Shown here piece by piece: positions 36,320 through 46,813 of a DNA stretch of 61,235 nt. Both the position numbers and the translations under genes were made by a program. Source of the DNA: Planctomycetota bacterium (GTDB lineage Bacteria; Planctomycetota; UBA11346); assembly GCA_027859175.1 (NCBI GenBank), contig JAQIBG010000084.1, positions 1 through 61,235 of the forward strand, given 5' to 3'. Position 1 is the first letter of the stretch. Every line of letters starts with the position of its first letter. The notes beneath the pieces were generated by a model, which was not told the DNA's origin, ran no database searches, and worked only from the letters and a program-made list of their open reading frames with translations.

Positions 36320-37996
36320 TTACTCCTTGTCCTTATTCGAGCCAACCTGCTTACGCAGGGTTTCGACTTCGACTTCGATCGGTTTTTGCTTGGCCTTCAA
36401 TTCCGCGATGCGGTTTTGCACCTCGGCGAAACGTTCGGTGATGTATTGTTGGTACTCAAGCATACTCAACACGCGCACTTGCAGTTCTTGGCTGCGGCCG
36501 ACGCGCGCTTCGCCGGTAGCGGCGTGCACATCGTGGGCCTCCAACTGCAAGACGATCTCATCGCTAGACTTGAGATACGGCAGTTCGTCGCGCAAACGCC
36601 ACGCCAGGGGCCACACGCCAAAGCGAGGATAAGCGAGATGCTTCTGATCGCCCGGCTTGCTCAGCGCCGGCAAATCGACGCCGAATTCTTCGCCACCGTT
36701 AACCCGGTACACAATTTTCATGGACTCGATGCCGTAGTCGTCCTTGGCTTCAAATACCATCTCCAGCGTCTTTGCAGTGGTCACCGCAATCTCGCCAGTT
36801 GGCTGCCGTAGGGTGACCACCGGGGCGCGATCCACCTCCAGGGCGAGACGTCGCGGGGTGCCATCGAAGCTAAAGCCTTGACCCTGGGCGCTAACCTGCC
36901 AACGCACAAAGTAACTGCCGCCGATATTCGCAGTGAACTCGGCCTTCACGGCCTGGCCCTCGGCGCTGAGTTCCATCGCCTGCTCGGTGCCGTCTTCAAA
37001 TACGAGCGTTGCTTCGGTTACCGCCGAACCCAGCTGCAAGTCAAGCACCACGGTCGAACCTTCAGGTGCAGCGAAGCTCAGGTCTTCGGCCGTGCGTGGC
37101 TCCTCACCGGTATAGCGCGGCGGGGTTATCGCGATTGTGGTCTGCTTGATGTCAGGCGGGCCGACTACCTCAATGGTGCCGTGTTCATCGCGGCGATGCG
37201 TCACGGCATCGCCAACCGCAAAACGGAACGCCAGGCTGCCAGCCAAATGCGGCAGCTCGTGCTCGAAGCGATCACCGTCCAACTTATCGAGTTGAAGCTG
37301 TTGCCAGTTGGCATCCGGATCATCAAGCGGCCGCACCATCAGCGTACCGAGCAATGGCACGCGGCCAGACACTTCAGCGGCGAGCATGACCTTATCGCCA
37401 CGACGTACCAACTGATCGCCCGTAATGCTGACAAAGCGCGTTTTGGTCGGATACGGCACATCGGCGCCGAGCATGCGTTGTGCCGCGATGAGCATGTGAT
37501 CGGTGGCCAGCGCGCCAAACGCACCAAAGACCAGCACCAAGGCCAAGGCCCCGGCCATCAAGCGGCGCAGATTGGCGAACGATACCACGTTGCGGAAGTT
37601 CAACCCGTGCGCGGCATCTTCGGCTTGATTGCGCACTAGGCCCATCAACTCGGGCGAGCCACAGGCGCGCGGGCCCTGATCGCTATTCAATTCGACGTAG
37701 CTGATCAGCAGGCTGTGCAACTCGGGGTACTCGCGCTCAACGCGCACGGCCACGCGCAGCGCATTGTAGCGCTCAAGGCGGTGCCACCACAGTTTACGCA
37801 GCAACCAGGCCACGAAGCCAATGCAGACCAGCGTCATCGGAATGCGCACCAGCATCGGTAGGTCGAAGGTCCAGTCGGCGAGGAACACAAACAGGAACGC
37901 AACCACCACCCAGCTAATCAAGTGCGCGCCGCCGCGTAGGTGGGTGTGCATCCGGCCTTTGCGCCAGGTGCCGCGTAATTTACTGTCGACGCTCAT
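36320..37996 (-). CDS. Membrane-anchored DUF4175-like protein with Ig-like domains
   Basis: N-terminal TMs, VEREYPELHSLLIS, PPRYTG, DRAPVVTL, AKDDYGI; ATGA overlap with the upstream gene. Confidence 0.8.
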   Translation of the reverse strand: MSVDSKLRGTWRKGRMHTHLRGGAHLISWVVVAFLFVFLADWTFDLPMLVRIPMTLVCIGFVAWLLRKLWWHRLERYNALRVAVRVEREYPELHSLLISYVELNSDQGPRACGSPELMGLVRNQAEDAAHGLNFRNVVSFANLRRLMAGALALVLVFGAFGALATDHMLIAAQRMLGADVPYPTKTRFVSITGDQLVRRGDKVMLAAEVSGRVPLLGTLMVRPLDDPDANWQQLQLDKLDGDRFEHELPHLAGSLAFRFAVGDAVTHRRDEHGTIEVVGPPDIKQTTIAITPPRYTGEEPRTAEDLSFAAPEGSTVVLDLQLGSAVTEATLVFEDGTEQAMELSAEGQAVKAEFTANIGGSYFVRWQVSAQGQGFSFDGTPRRLALEVDRAPVVTLRQPTGEIAVTTAKTLEMVFEAKDDYGIESMKIVYRVNGGEEFGVDLPALSKPGDQKHLAYPRFGVWPLAWRLRDELPYLKSSDEIVLQLEAHDVHAATGEARVGRSQELQVRVLSMLEYQQYITERFAEVQNRIAELKAKQKPIEVEVETLRKQVGSNKDKE

Positions 37997-40323
37997 ACCA
38001 TGCGCCTCCGGCGACGGGCAAACCACTCGGCCCCAGCGCACACCAGAAGTATGACGTAGAGGATCCAGTGATCCCACAGCTCAATATCGGTGCGACGAAT
38101 CGTGACCGGCGTGCGCTCTTTGATCTGTTCAGCGAGAGAATCAATCTCGTCGAGGCGAATCGCCTTGCCGCCACTGCGCGCGGCCAATTGCTCGGCCAAC
38201 TCCCAGCGCATACCCGGCTCGCGCATCTCAACGGTCAGGTCTTCCACAACAATCTGCACTTCGTTGGCTGATTCGCGATCGGCCATCGGTGCCTTGATCA
38301 TGATCGCACCAGGGTCACGTGGCACCATGAAGCCCTGGAAGAAACCAGGCACGCCGGGCACCGCGCTCAAGCGGAGATCCTTCTCGGTGCCATCATCGCG
38401 CACCAACTTGACGGTGTATTCTTCATCGGGGATCGGCTCGAGGAATTCGTTCATGACGTCGGCAAACACCTGCACCTGTTCGCCGGTGGCATAACGCTGG
38501 CCATCAGTCTCGATGGTCACGCGGTCGTTGCCGCCAAGCAGGCGCGATAGGGTCAAGAACTGAATGGCCTGGGCCCACAGACGCTCGTGGTAACGACGGC
38601 CAACCTTGAAGCGCAAGCGCCACAGGTCTTCGGTACCAACAAACATCACCTTACCGGCACCGAAGCGGTGCCAGGCCAGCAAGGGATAGGGATCGGGGTC
38701 ATCGGTGATCGATTCGTTGAGCGACACCAAAACCGTGGCCGAGGGTTTGGCCACCACCGGCGGCAGCTTGCGCAGCGGATGCACGCGCTTCCACACCGCC
38801 ACCGAGGTGCGGATATCGGCATGCAAGTCGGCGATGCCAGACACGATGCCTTCTTCGGTCGGTTGCGGCACGGTGCCGGCCGACACGTCGATCCATTCTT
38901 TGCCACGCACCTTCACCGGCAGCAAATCGGCCAAAGCCGAGCGCTGATAGCTCATCGGCGCATGCTGCGGGCCAGCGATCATCAGCAGGGCGCCACCGCG
39001 TCGTTTAACCTGTTCGGTCATCCACTCGAGTTGTTCGCCGTTGAAATAACTGGCCGGCACATCGCCGATGATGACGAGGTCGAAGTCCCACCCGCTGCGG
39101 CCCTGTTCGGGGAAGCGAGCCAGATATTCGGTCGAATACTTGGCGAGTTCGGCGTCACCCTGGGTCATCAAGAACTTGACGTCTAAACGCTTGTCGCGCT
39201 TGAGGACCCACCGCAGATAGCGGTATTCCCAACGCGGCATGCCTTCAACAAACAAGACCTTGATCTTCTCGTCGATGATCCGAATCGGTTTTACCAAGTA
39301 GTTATTGTCGACCACCACCTCTTCCGGCAACACGTCAATCGCAACCTTCAGCGTGTGGTCACCCGGCACATCAGGCGCGGTGAACCCTGCTTCTTCGATC
39401 TGGGTTCCGCCAATCAGGCTAACGCGGCGACGCTCGATTTCGATGTCGTCCATCGTCACCACGAGGTCCACGCTCCGGGCGCGGAACTGCAGCGAGCTAT
39501 GAATCTGGACCTTCAGCGGCACGTCATCGCCGGCGAACACGTTGTCTTTGACGTGCACGGTGGCGATAGCCAGGTCGGGCGGGTTGGGCAGGCCGATGCC
39601 AACCGGGAACACCGGAATTGATCGATGGCCAAGGCGCTCGGCCATGCCAACCGGGTCACTACCCGAGTTCCAGGCCAAGTCAGACAAGATCACCACGCCG
39701 GCCACGGCCTGGCCGGAGAAGCGTTCAAGCAGATACCCCAAGGCGCTGCCGAGACCGGTATGCGCGTCATCAGCGGCAATGCCCTTGATGGTCTCCGCTT
39801 CAGCATCGGGCAGGGCGCCGGTTTCACCGCCAAAGCTGAACATGCTCAGTTCGTGGTCTTCAGCCAAGGTGGTCAGCAGGCCGACTTCCTCGTTGGTCAG
39901 CGCCGCCTGCGCCAGAGCCATACGCGTGGCATTGCCGGCGGTGCCCTCGGGCATCACCTTGTCGAGATAAGCGCGGTCTTCGGGCTTGTCGCGCGGATCT
40001 TCGATCCCCATCGACTGCGACTTATCAACCAGAATTAAGACACGGTCGGCGCTACGCGAGGAGTACTCGAGTCGCAACACCGGCTGGAATAGCATCAACA
40101 AGATGGTGACGATGCCCAACGTGCGCAGGATCGCCATCACGGTGCAATACACGGTGCCTTGCTGGCGATGGCGCCAATAGCTCCAGGCCGAGAACGCAGC
40201 AGCGCCGAGCAAGCCGGCAAACAGAACCGAACTCGGCCACGGATTGGCCAGCACCCACTCAGCGTAGGAAATCTGATCGACGTCGCTGACATCACCAAAC
40301 CACGACAACCACTCGTAACTCAT
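37993..40323 (-). CDS. Membrane protein with VWA, Ig-like and class I glutamine-amidotransferase-like domains
   Basis: LVDKSQSM MIDAS, ILSD, KVLFVEGMPRWEYRYL, GGALLMIAG, GAGKV...LWR, terminal EWFARRR. Confidence 0.85.
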   Translation of the reverse strand: MSYEWLSWFGDVSDVDQISYAEWVLANPWPSSVLFAGLLGAAAFSAWSYWRHRQQGTVYCTVMAILRTLGIVTILLMLFQPVLRLEYSSRSADRVLILVDKSQSMGIEDPRDKPEDRAYLDKVMPEGTAGNATRMALAQAALTNEEVGLLTTLAEDHELSMFSFGGETGALPDAEAETIKGIAADDAHTGLGSALGYLLERFSGQAVAGVVILSDLAWNSGSDPVGMAERLGHRSIPVFPVGIGLPNPPDLAIATVHVKDNVFAGDDVPLKVQIHSSLQFRARSVDLVVTMDDIEIERRRVSLIGGTQIEEAGFTAPDVPGDHTLKVAIDVLPEEVVVDNNYLVKPIRIIDEKIKVLFVEGMPRWEYRYLRWVLKRDKRLDVKFLMTQGDAELAKYSTEYLARFPEQGRSGWDFDLVIIGDVPASYFNGEQLEWMTEQVKRRGGALLMIAGPQHAPMSYQRSALADLLPVKVRGKEWIDVSAGTVPQPTEEGIVSGIADLHADIRTSVAVWKRVHPLRKLPPVVAKPSATVLVSLNESITDDPDPYPLLAWHRFGAGKVMFVGTEDLWRLRFKVGRRYHERLWAQAIQFLTLSRLLGGNDRVTIETDGQRYATGEQVQVFADVMNEFLEPIPDEEYTVKLVRDDGTEKDLRLSAVPGVPGFFQGFMVPRDPGAIMIKAPMADRESANEVQIVVEDLTVEMREPGMRWELAEQLAARSGGKAIRLDEIDSLAEQIKERTPVTIRRTDIELWDHWILYVILLVCAGAEWFARRRRRMV

Positions 40324-42476
40324 TGCACCACCACCCCGGCGCCGAAGCCCACCTTGATCGGGTCGGCTGCCACCTGCTTGCGGCGGGTAAACTTATCGCT
40401 GAGCCAAGCCTGGATGATAAAGCACAGCAGGCCCAGCACGAGCAGGAGGCGCCACAGTTCGGCCATGGTGTCGTTGCTCTCTTCTTCAACGGCGTCACCA
40501 GCACCCTCAACCAAAACGCCGGTATCGGCCAACACGCCGGCCAGCGCATTGCGGCCCAGAGCGCTGATTTTGCCTTCTTGCGGCTCGATGTTGACGGCAG
40601 CGTGACGCACGCCCACGTCTTCGGCCAAGCGGATGGCATAGAACCCGGGCTTGGCCAGTTCGCCAAACTGAATCGTAGCGATGGTTTCGTCGCCACCCAC
40701 GGTACCAACCACGCGATCTTCGTCGGGCGTGCTCATCACCGCCTCGGCACCAACTTCTTCAATCGGCACCGCTATGGCGAGCTCCTGGCCCACCGCCAGC
40801 GAACTGCGCTTCGACGCGGTCAGATGACCGAGCAGTTGATGCAATAAAATCGGATACACCGGCGACACCGGCAGGTTGGTCCACGCGCGGTCAATGCTGG
40901 TGGTAAGCAGCAACACCGTGCCGCGCCCAACCTGATGCTCGAGCAGAACCGGAATCCCACTCTCGGTGGTCAGCAACACGCGCGCGCCATCGGTGGGTTT
41001 GCTCGTGACCAAGCCGTTCACCGCCACCTCGTCAACATAATCGGCAACGCGGGTCAGCTCCTCAACCACCGGGTGGCCGGATTGGCCCAGGCGCAGGCTC
41101 TCGCTACTCGCCGCCCCGCTTGCCTTGCTTTCGAGCAGAGTTGCTGGCAGGAGGTCGCCGAGCGAGGCCTGAAGTCGCGCTGGATCAACTTGGTCGCCAA
41201 GCGCCACCAAGAGGTTGCCGCCGCGCTCAAGCAACTCGCGCAACTTCTCTTGTTCGGCGTCACTTACCGCGGCCACGTTAGCCAATACCACCAGGTCTTC
41301 ACGCCCGGTCAGCTCCATCTCCAAGTCAAAGAATGGCGCCACGCGCACTTCCATCCCTTGGCCAAAGCCAGAGCGATGCAGACCCAAGGCCTTAGCCAGG
41401 AAGAAGGTTTCGCTGCGTTCGATCACCGCGTTGGGGGTGCCGTCTACACACAGCACGCGCACTGCGTCGGGCACTGCCGCCACCTGGAAGCGCGCATTGT
41501 CGATAGCGAGGTCATCGTCCACCCAGGTGGCCTGAAGGCGACGATCACCGGGTTCGCGGAACGGCACGGTGAAGAAAACAAAGTCGGACGCGCCCGGATC
41601 AAGCGGACCAACGTCGCGGGTATCAACCGGGCTGCCGTCGAGGTCCAAACGCACCGCACCAGAAACCGGATCGCTGCCATGATTCACCACCTCGGCCACA
41701 TAACGCGCACTGGCGCCAACACGCAGCGCACCCGAGGCAAACTCAAACGACCGAATCGTCACATTCTCGCCACCGGCTTCGGTCACCGGCACCACATTCA
41801 CCGTGGCCAATTCGCTCAGGGCTTCGAGGCGGGTTCGGGTGGTCGGGGGCAAAGGCTCCCAGTCGCTCCCTTGGCCGTCGGTCACGATATAGACGCTGCG
41901 CTGGGGCAGAGCGATCTCTTCGGCCAACTCTGCGGCGAGGTCGAGACCTTCGTCGAGACGCAAGGGTTCGGGCAGCACTTCGAGTTCTTCGATGATGCGC
42001 TCGAATTGACGCGGGTCGTACGCGGCGGCGCGCAGCAGCACGCGCGGCATGCGCCCGAGCTGGATAAAGCTGATCGGCGAACCCGAGGGCACTTCCTCGG
42101 CCAATTCTAGCAGACGCTCCTTAGCCATATCAAAGCGCGTCTTGAGCGCGCCATGGCCCATTGAGTAGCTGCTGTCGATGACAAACACCACGCCACGGCG
42201 TTCTTGGCCAATGATGCCACCACCATCGGTGGTCAGAGCCGGGCGCAGCAGAGCCAGTGCAATCAAGAACAGCGCCAGGCAACGCAGCAGCATAACCAGC
42301 AAGTCTTCGTACTTCACTTCGCGCGAGCGGCTTTGCATGGTCCGCCGCAGCAGCTCCATTGCGCCCCACTCGATCTTTTTCGGGCGGAACTTATTGAACA
42401 AATGGATGATTATCGGCGTTGCAATGCCGATGCCACCCAGGATGCCCCACAACAATAAGGAATTAACGAAGACCAC
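40320..42476 (-). CDS. BatA-domain / VWA / GATase-like membrane protein
   Basis: PIIIHLFN..RPKKIEWGAMELL, LLRCLAL..LRP (BatA double TM); VIDSSYSM; VTDGQ; DDLAIDN. Confidence 0.88.
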   Translation of the reverse strand: MVFVNSLLLWGILGGIGIATPIIIHLFNKFRPKKIEWGAMELLRRTMQSRSREVKYEDLLVMLLRCLALFLIALALLRPALTTDGGGIIGQERRGVVFVIDSSYSMGHGALKTRFDMAKERLLELAEEVPSGSPISFIQLGRMPRVLLRAAAYDPRQFERIIEELEVLPEPLRLDEGLDLAAELAEEIALPQRSVYIVTDGQGSDWEPLPPTTRTRLEALSELATVNVVPVTEAGGENVTIRSFEFASGALRVGASARYVAEVVNHGSDPVSGAVRLDLDGSPVDTRDVGPLDPGASDFVFFTVPFREPGDRRLQATWVDDDLAIDNARFQVAAVPDAVRVLCVDGTPNAVIERSETFFLAKALGLHRSGFGQGMEVRVAPFFDLEMELTGREDLVVLANVAAVSDAEQEKLRELLERGGNLLVALGDQVDPARLQASLGDLLPATLLESKASGAASSESLRLGQSGHPVVEELTRVADYVDEVAVNGLVTSKPTDGARVLLTTESGIPVLLEHQVGRGTVLLLTTSIDRAWTNLPVSPVYPILLHQLLGHLTASKRSSLAVGQELAIAVPIEEVGAEAVMSTPDEDRVVGTVGGDETIATIQFGELAKPGFYAIRLAEDVGVRHAAVNIEPQEGKISALGRNALAGVLADTGVLVEGAGDAVEEESNDTMAELWRLLLVLGLLCFIIQAWLSDKFTRRKQVAADPIKVGFGAGVVVQ

Positions 42477-42482
42477 TCGGCC

Positions 42483-43520
42483 CTACCTCCCCACCGCATG
42501 CGGTTCATGGAGAGCGGCCTCGGCCGGCACCACGCCGCTGCCCTTGAGGGCGATCAACACGCGCTTTTTGCCTGGCACGTCAAACTGCCACAAGCGGCGC
42601 TCGCCTTCGGGCACCACCAGCTTGGCGACACTGCGCTTGTCGATAGCGGCCACTAGGCCAACGGTGCCGCGCCGGGCTTCCACCAGCATCGCCACCCGGC
42701 CCTTGTCGAGAGTCCACGTCAGCATGCTGTCGCTATGGAGCACAAGGCCGGCCGCAGGATCGGTTGGATCGATAGCGCGCGGCACCGGCACCTCGGCCAG
42801 CAAGCCCTGATGGCGCACTACCTGAGCGCTCGCGCTCAGCCACTGCACACCTTGATGCCGACGCAGACTGTGCACGGCATTCATCGGCACGGTAAGCGCG
42901 CCAAAGCGCGGGTGGGTGCAGCTCAGCTTGCCATCGGCAAGGGTCCAATCAGCGCGCAGACGGGCGCCGCCATGCAACACAAGCGTATGCGAACCAACGC
43001 CGTTAGCTGGCTCACGCCAGAGGTAGGCAACTGCGTCGCCATCATCGACTGAAAAGTCACCAAGCTGCGAGCTGACCACCACGCCGCTGCGCATGAGGCG
43101 CTTGAGATTGCCACTCACCGCCGAGGCATCACGCCGTACCAGGGCCGGCAGACTCTCAGGCGTCGCGATCGCACGCTGCGGCTGCAACAAGAGCGCGGCG
43201 AGGTCATCGGCGGCGAGTTCTAATTCGGTCCCTGGGTCGGCAGCGAAGCGCAATTGCTGGCCGTCGTAGCCAAGAATCTGACCCGGATAGCGCTCGCCAG
43301 CGCTGGTCACCACCGCATACGGCGCGAGCGGCGCACGGGCGCGCTCGCCGGCGTGAAACCAACGCAGGTCTTTCCAAGCCACTGAACTCTTACCAACCTG
43401 CAGCGTCGCACCCTTGGCCACCACCGTGCCCTCAAGCGCTTCGCCACCAGCCTGAACCACAGCCGCGCCGAGCACCGCCGGCAAAAACATCGCTATCGCA
43501 ATGGTCAGCAAGCGCGGCAT
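42483..43520 (-). CDS. Hypothetical secreted beta-rich protein of the MoxR operon
   Basis: Signal peptide MPRLLTIAIAMFLPAVLGA; TGATG overlap with the DUF58 stop. Confidence 0.7.
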   Translation of the reverse strand: MPRLLTIAIAMFLPAVLGAAVVQAGGEALEGTVVAKGATLQVGKSSVAWKDLRWFHAGERARAPLAPYAVVTSAGERYPGQILGYDGQQLRFAADPGTELELAADDLAALLLQPQRAIATPESLPALVRRDASAVSGNLKRLMRSGVVVSSQLGDFSVDDGDAVAYLWREPANGVGSHTLVLHGGARLRADWTLADGKLSCTHPRFGALTVPMNAVHSLRRHQGVQWLSASAQVVRHQGLLAEVPVPRAIDPTDPAAGLVLHSDSMLTWTLDKGRVAMLVEARRGTVGLVAAIDKRSVAKLVVPEGERRLWQFDVPGKKRVLIALKGSGVVPAEAALHEPHAVGR

Positions 43521-44428
43521 CAGATCCGGCCCCAACTCATCACGCGGCGCACGTTGAGATATTCCACCAACACTTCGCGCACTGGTCGGCGGGTGTCGAC
43601 CAGCACATAATCGGCGCCGCTACGATCGCAGGCTCGCCGATAGGTGGTGATCAATTTATTTAATTCTTCCAGATAGGCCGCGCGCACGCGGTCGGGCTGG
43701 GTTAGGATCGCCTCTTCACCCTCGAGGCCATTGAAGCGGACCTGGCCATCAAACGGGAAGGTCAGCTCGGCGTGGTCGAGAATGTGGAAAATCACCACGT
43801 TATGACCAGCAAAGCACAGCTGATTGAGGCCCTTGATGAAGCCCTCTTCGTCGTCGAGCAAATCCGAGAACAACATCACAAAGCCGCGGCGCTTGATCCG
43901 CGACGCAAAGCTCTGCAAGATGCCGCCAACGTTGGTGCGCGAATTACCTTCGGTTTTATTGAGGATCTCAACCATGTCGCCGAGCACGGCCATCGACGAA
44001 CGCGGCGGGATATAATCGCGCAGCACTTCGTCGAACACGCCGATAGCGGCGCTGTCACGCGCCTCCACCACCAAGAACGCCAAGGCCGCCGCCATGTGCT
44101 TGGCGTACTCCATCTTGGTCATGCCGTCGGACCCATAGCGCATCGAGGCCGAGGCATCGATCAGCAGGTTGGCATCGAAGTTGGTTTCAGCTTCGTACAG
44201 CTTGACGTGATAGCGGTTGGTGCGCGAGTATACGCGCCAGTCGACATGCTTTACCTCATCGCCCGGCACGTAGGGCCGGTGATGCGAGAAGGTTGTAGAC
44301 AAGCCGCGCAAGCGCGAGCGGTGGGCACCAATGCGAGCGCCTTCTACGGCACCGCGCGCCACCAGCTCGAGCTGCTTGATCTCATCGACGACATCGGCGT
44401 CGAGATACTTGGAGTTGCCGACCGCCAC
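43520..44428 (-). CDS. DUF58 (VWA-like) MoxR partner protein
   Basis: G.HRSR.RG.S..F..HRPYVPGD..KHVDWRVYSR, YEAET, IDASASM, FSDLL. Confidence 0.93.
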   Translation of the reverse strand: MAVGNSKYLDADVVDEIKQLELVARGAVEGARIGAHRSRLRGLSTTFSHHRPYVPGDEVKHVDWRVYSRTNRYHVKLYEAETNFDANLLIDASASMRYGSDGMTKMEYAKHMAAALAFLVVEARDSAAIGVFDEVLRDYIPPRSSMAVLGDMVEILNKTEGNSRTNVGGILQSFASRIKRRGFVMLFSDLLDDEEGFIKGLNQLCFAGHNVVIFHILDHAELTFPFDGQVRFNGLEGEEAILTQPDRVRAAYLEELNKLITTYRRACDRSGADYVLVDTRRPVREVLVEYLNVRRVMSWGRI

Positions 44429-44438
44429 CGATCCGCCC

Positions 44439-45500
44439 TCAGACCTCGACCGGGATGGCTTCGAGCAGCTTGCGAACCAGATCGTCGGAGGTGTAGCCTT
44501 CGGCCTGGGCGGTAAAGTTGGGGATGATGCGATGGCGCATCACCGGGAGCGCTACCGTCTGCACGTCTTCCACCGCCGCGTAGTACCGACCGTTGAGCGC
44601 GGCACGGGCCTTGGCGGCCTGAATCAGACACAAGGACGCACGCGGACCAGCACCCCAGGAGATGAACTCCTTGATGAAGTCGGGCGCTTCCTCGCGCTTC
44701 GGACGGGTGGCGCGAGCAATGCGAGTGGCATACTCGATAACCGCGTCTGCCACCACGATGTCTTTGACGATGCCCTGACCGGCGATGACGTGCTCCTGGG
44801 TCAACACCACCTCGGGGGTCCCCATGCCGTCGCTGGTCACTTTCTTGACGATCTGCACTTCTTCGTCTTCGGTCGGGTAGTCGACCACGATCTTGTACAG
44901 GAAGCGGTCTAACTGGGCTTCCGGCAAGGGGTAGGTGCCTTCTTGGTCAACCGGGTTCTGGGTTGCGAGCACGAAGAAGGGCGGGTCGAGCTTGTAGTTC
45001 TTACCACCAGCAGTGATCTGCTTCTCCTGCATCGCTTCCAGCAGGGCGGCCTGGGTTTTGGGCGGGGTACGATTGATTTCGTCAGCCAGCAGGATGTTGG
45101 TGAAAATCGGGCCCTTCTGGAACTGGAACATGCGCTTACCTGTGACCGGGTCGTCTTGCAGCAATTCCGAGCCAACGATATCCGAGGGCATCAAGTCGGG
45201 GGTGAACTGAACCCGGCGGAACTCAAGCTGCATACACTTGGCGAGCGTTGAGATGAGCAGGGTTTTAGCCAAGCCAGGTGCGCCTTCGAGCAGGCAGTGA
45301 CCTCTGGCGAAAACGGCCGTCAGCACCTCTTCGACCACGTCTTCCTGACCGACGATGACCTTGCCAAGCTCCTTCTTAAGGACGCCAAAGGCCTGGGCCA
45401 GGCTGTCTACGCGCTTTTGATGCTGATTATCGGCTTGTGTCATTGATGCCTCCGGGGGGGTAGCCGTGGCGACGTTAGCGTTGGCCGGCTGAGAGTCCAT
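44439..45500 (-). CDS. MoxR family AAA+ ATPase
   Basis: GAPGLAKT Walker A, RVQFTPDLMPSD, LLADEINRTPPKTQAALLEAMQE, ATQNP, YPLPEAQLDRF. Confidence 0.96.
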   Translation of the reverse strand: MDSQPANANVATATPPEASMTQADNQHQKRVDSLAQAFGVLKKELGKVIVGQEDVVEEVLTAVFARGHCLLEGAPGLAKTLLISTLAKCMQLEFRRVQFTPDLMPSDIVGSELLQDDPVTGKRMFQFQKGPIFTNILLADEINRTPPKTQAALLEAMQEKQITAGGKNYKLDPPFFVLATQNPVDQEGTYPLPEAQLDRFLYKIVVDYPTEDEEVQIVKKVTSDGMGTPEVVLTQEHVIAGQGIVKDIVVADAVIEYATRIARATRPKREEAPDFIKEFISWGAGPRASLCLIQAAKARAALNGRYYAAVEDVQTVALPVMRHRIIPNFTAQAEGYTSDDLVRKLLEAIPVEV

Positions 45501-45757
45501 GAACCTTACATCCTTGTCAGCACGAGTGTTGAGTGCATTGACGCACGCGCACCGGGCCTGACCACACCGCAGAGTGTGTAGTGGAAATGTGCTCCGGTAT
45601 CAACTGTGACAGGGACCCTTGGTGCACGCCCCAGCCGTGTTTGACACAGCGGGTCCTCCCCAAATCTAACCGGAAAGATACTACGCCGCGGTGCCGCCCT
45701 GCGTTGCCCCGGGCCAACCCGGTTGCGGCCACACTGTGTCAGTCGATGACTAGTCGG

Positions 45758-46762
45758 TCATACCCTGCGGCTGCGGCGTAGGACGTATTCCGCGGCCTCG
45801 TCGCCCAGCACCAAGCGCGACGTCACTCGCACCATCGGCAGCGATTCGGCCCCGTTGATCAGGGCATCAAGCCCATCGATCACGGCGACCGCGATGCCAT
45901 CCCAATCGGTGACCATGGTGGGCATCACTCGACGACCCACCTGAAGCGGGACCTCGCCAAAGCCGGCCAGACATAAATCGCGATCAGGTAGATCGCGCGG
46001 ATCAATCGCACCCACGCCGTAGTAGACCAGTGCGGTGGCCTCAGGATAATCGGCAACCCAGCCGAAATCTTCCTGTTGGGTCGGCTTGGCATGAACCGGC
46101 TTCAAGCCAGCCCCCTGCATCGCCGCACAGTAGCCCTGGTAGCGCTCGACCTTCGAGAAGTGCCGTTCCGGCCCCAGGTAGCGCTCCATATAGGCATCGC
46201 AGTACACGATGTGGCGATGCCCTGCCGCAATCAGATGCGTGACCAAGGCCTCGGCGGCCGCGCGGTCATCAGGGATCACAGCATTGCAGCTGCGCATCGC
46301 GTTCACCCACACAGCCGGCAGGCCACTGGCTTCGACCACGGCCTCCATCGCTGCAATTTGGGTGTGATAGTTGACGACCAAGCCATCGGCCAAGATCTCA
46401 CGCAGGATCTCAGGCGCACGCTCAGCGCCCTCGCCTTCTTCATGGATGCGGCTGAGAATGAGATGCCGACCGCGCTTCTCGAGCACCTGCAACAGACCAC
46501 TGACCAACTGCGGCGGGTTGTGGCTGCGGTAGCCATTCCAGTCGAGCACCAAGCCCACACAGTTGCTGCGGCCAGAGCGCATGCTGCGCGCAATGCTATT
46601 GGGCCGGTAGCCCAACTCGCGCGCCGCTAGGCGTACCCGGGTAACGGTCTCATCGCGGAACAAATCGTCACGATCCTTATTCAGAATCTGACTGACCGTC
46701 TGCAGCGAGGTGCCAGCGTGGGCAGCAACATCCTTGAGAGTGACGCGTTCTCCAGCCGGCAT
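45758..46762 (-). CDS. LacI family transcriptional regulator
   Basis: VTLKDVAAHAGTSLQTVSQILN, ELGYRPNSIARSM, periplasmic-binding-type C-domain. Confidence 0.93.
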   Translation of the reverse strand: MPAGERVTLKDVAAHAGTSLQTVSQILNKDRDDLFRDETVTRVRLAARELGYRPNSIARSMRSGRSNCVGLVLDWNGYRSHNPPQLVSGLLQVLEKRGRHLILSRIHEEGEGAERAPEILREILADGLVVNYHTQIAAMEAVVEASGLPAVWVNAMRSCNAVIPDDRAAAEALVTHLIAAGHRHIVYCDAYMERYLGPERHFSKVERYQGYCAAMQGAGLKPVHAKPTQQEDFGWVADYPEATALVYYGVGAIDPRDLPDRDLCLAGFGEVPLQVGRRVMPTMVTDWDGIAVAVIDGLDALINGAESLPMVRVTSRLVLGDEAAEYVLRRSRRV

Positions 46763-46813
46763 ATACCCATGGTCGCCCGAGCTTGTGCGAACTCCAGCGC
46801 AGATGTGGCGCAA

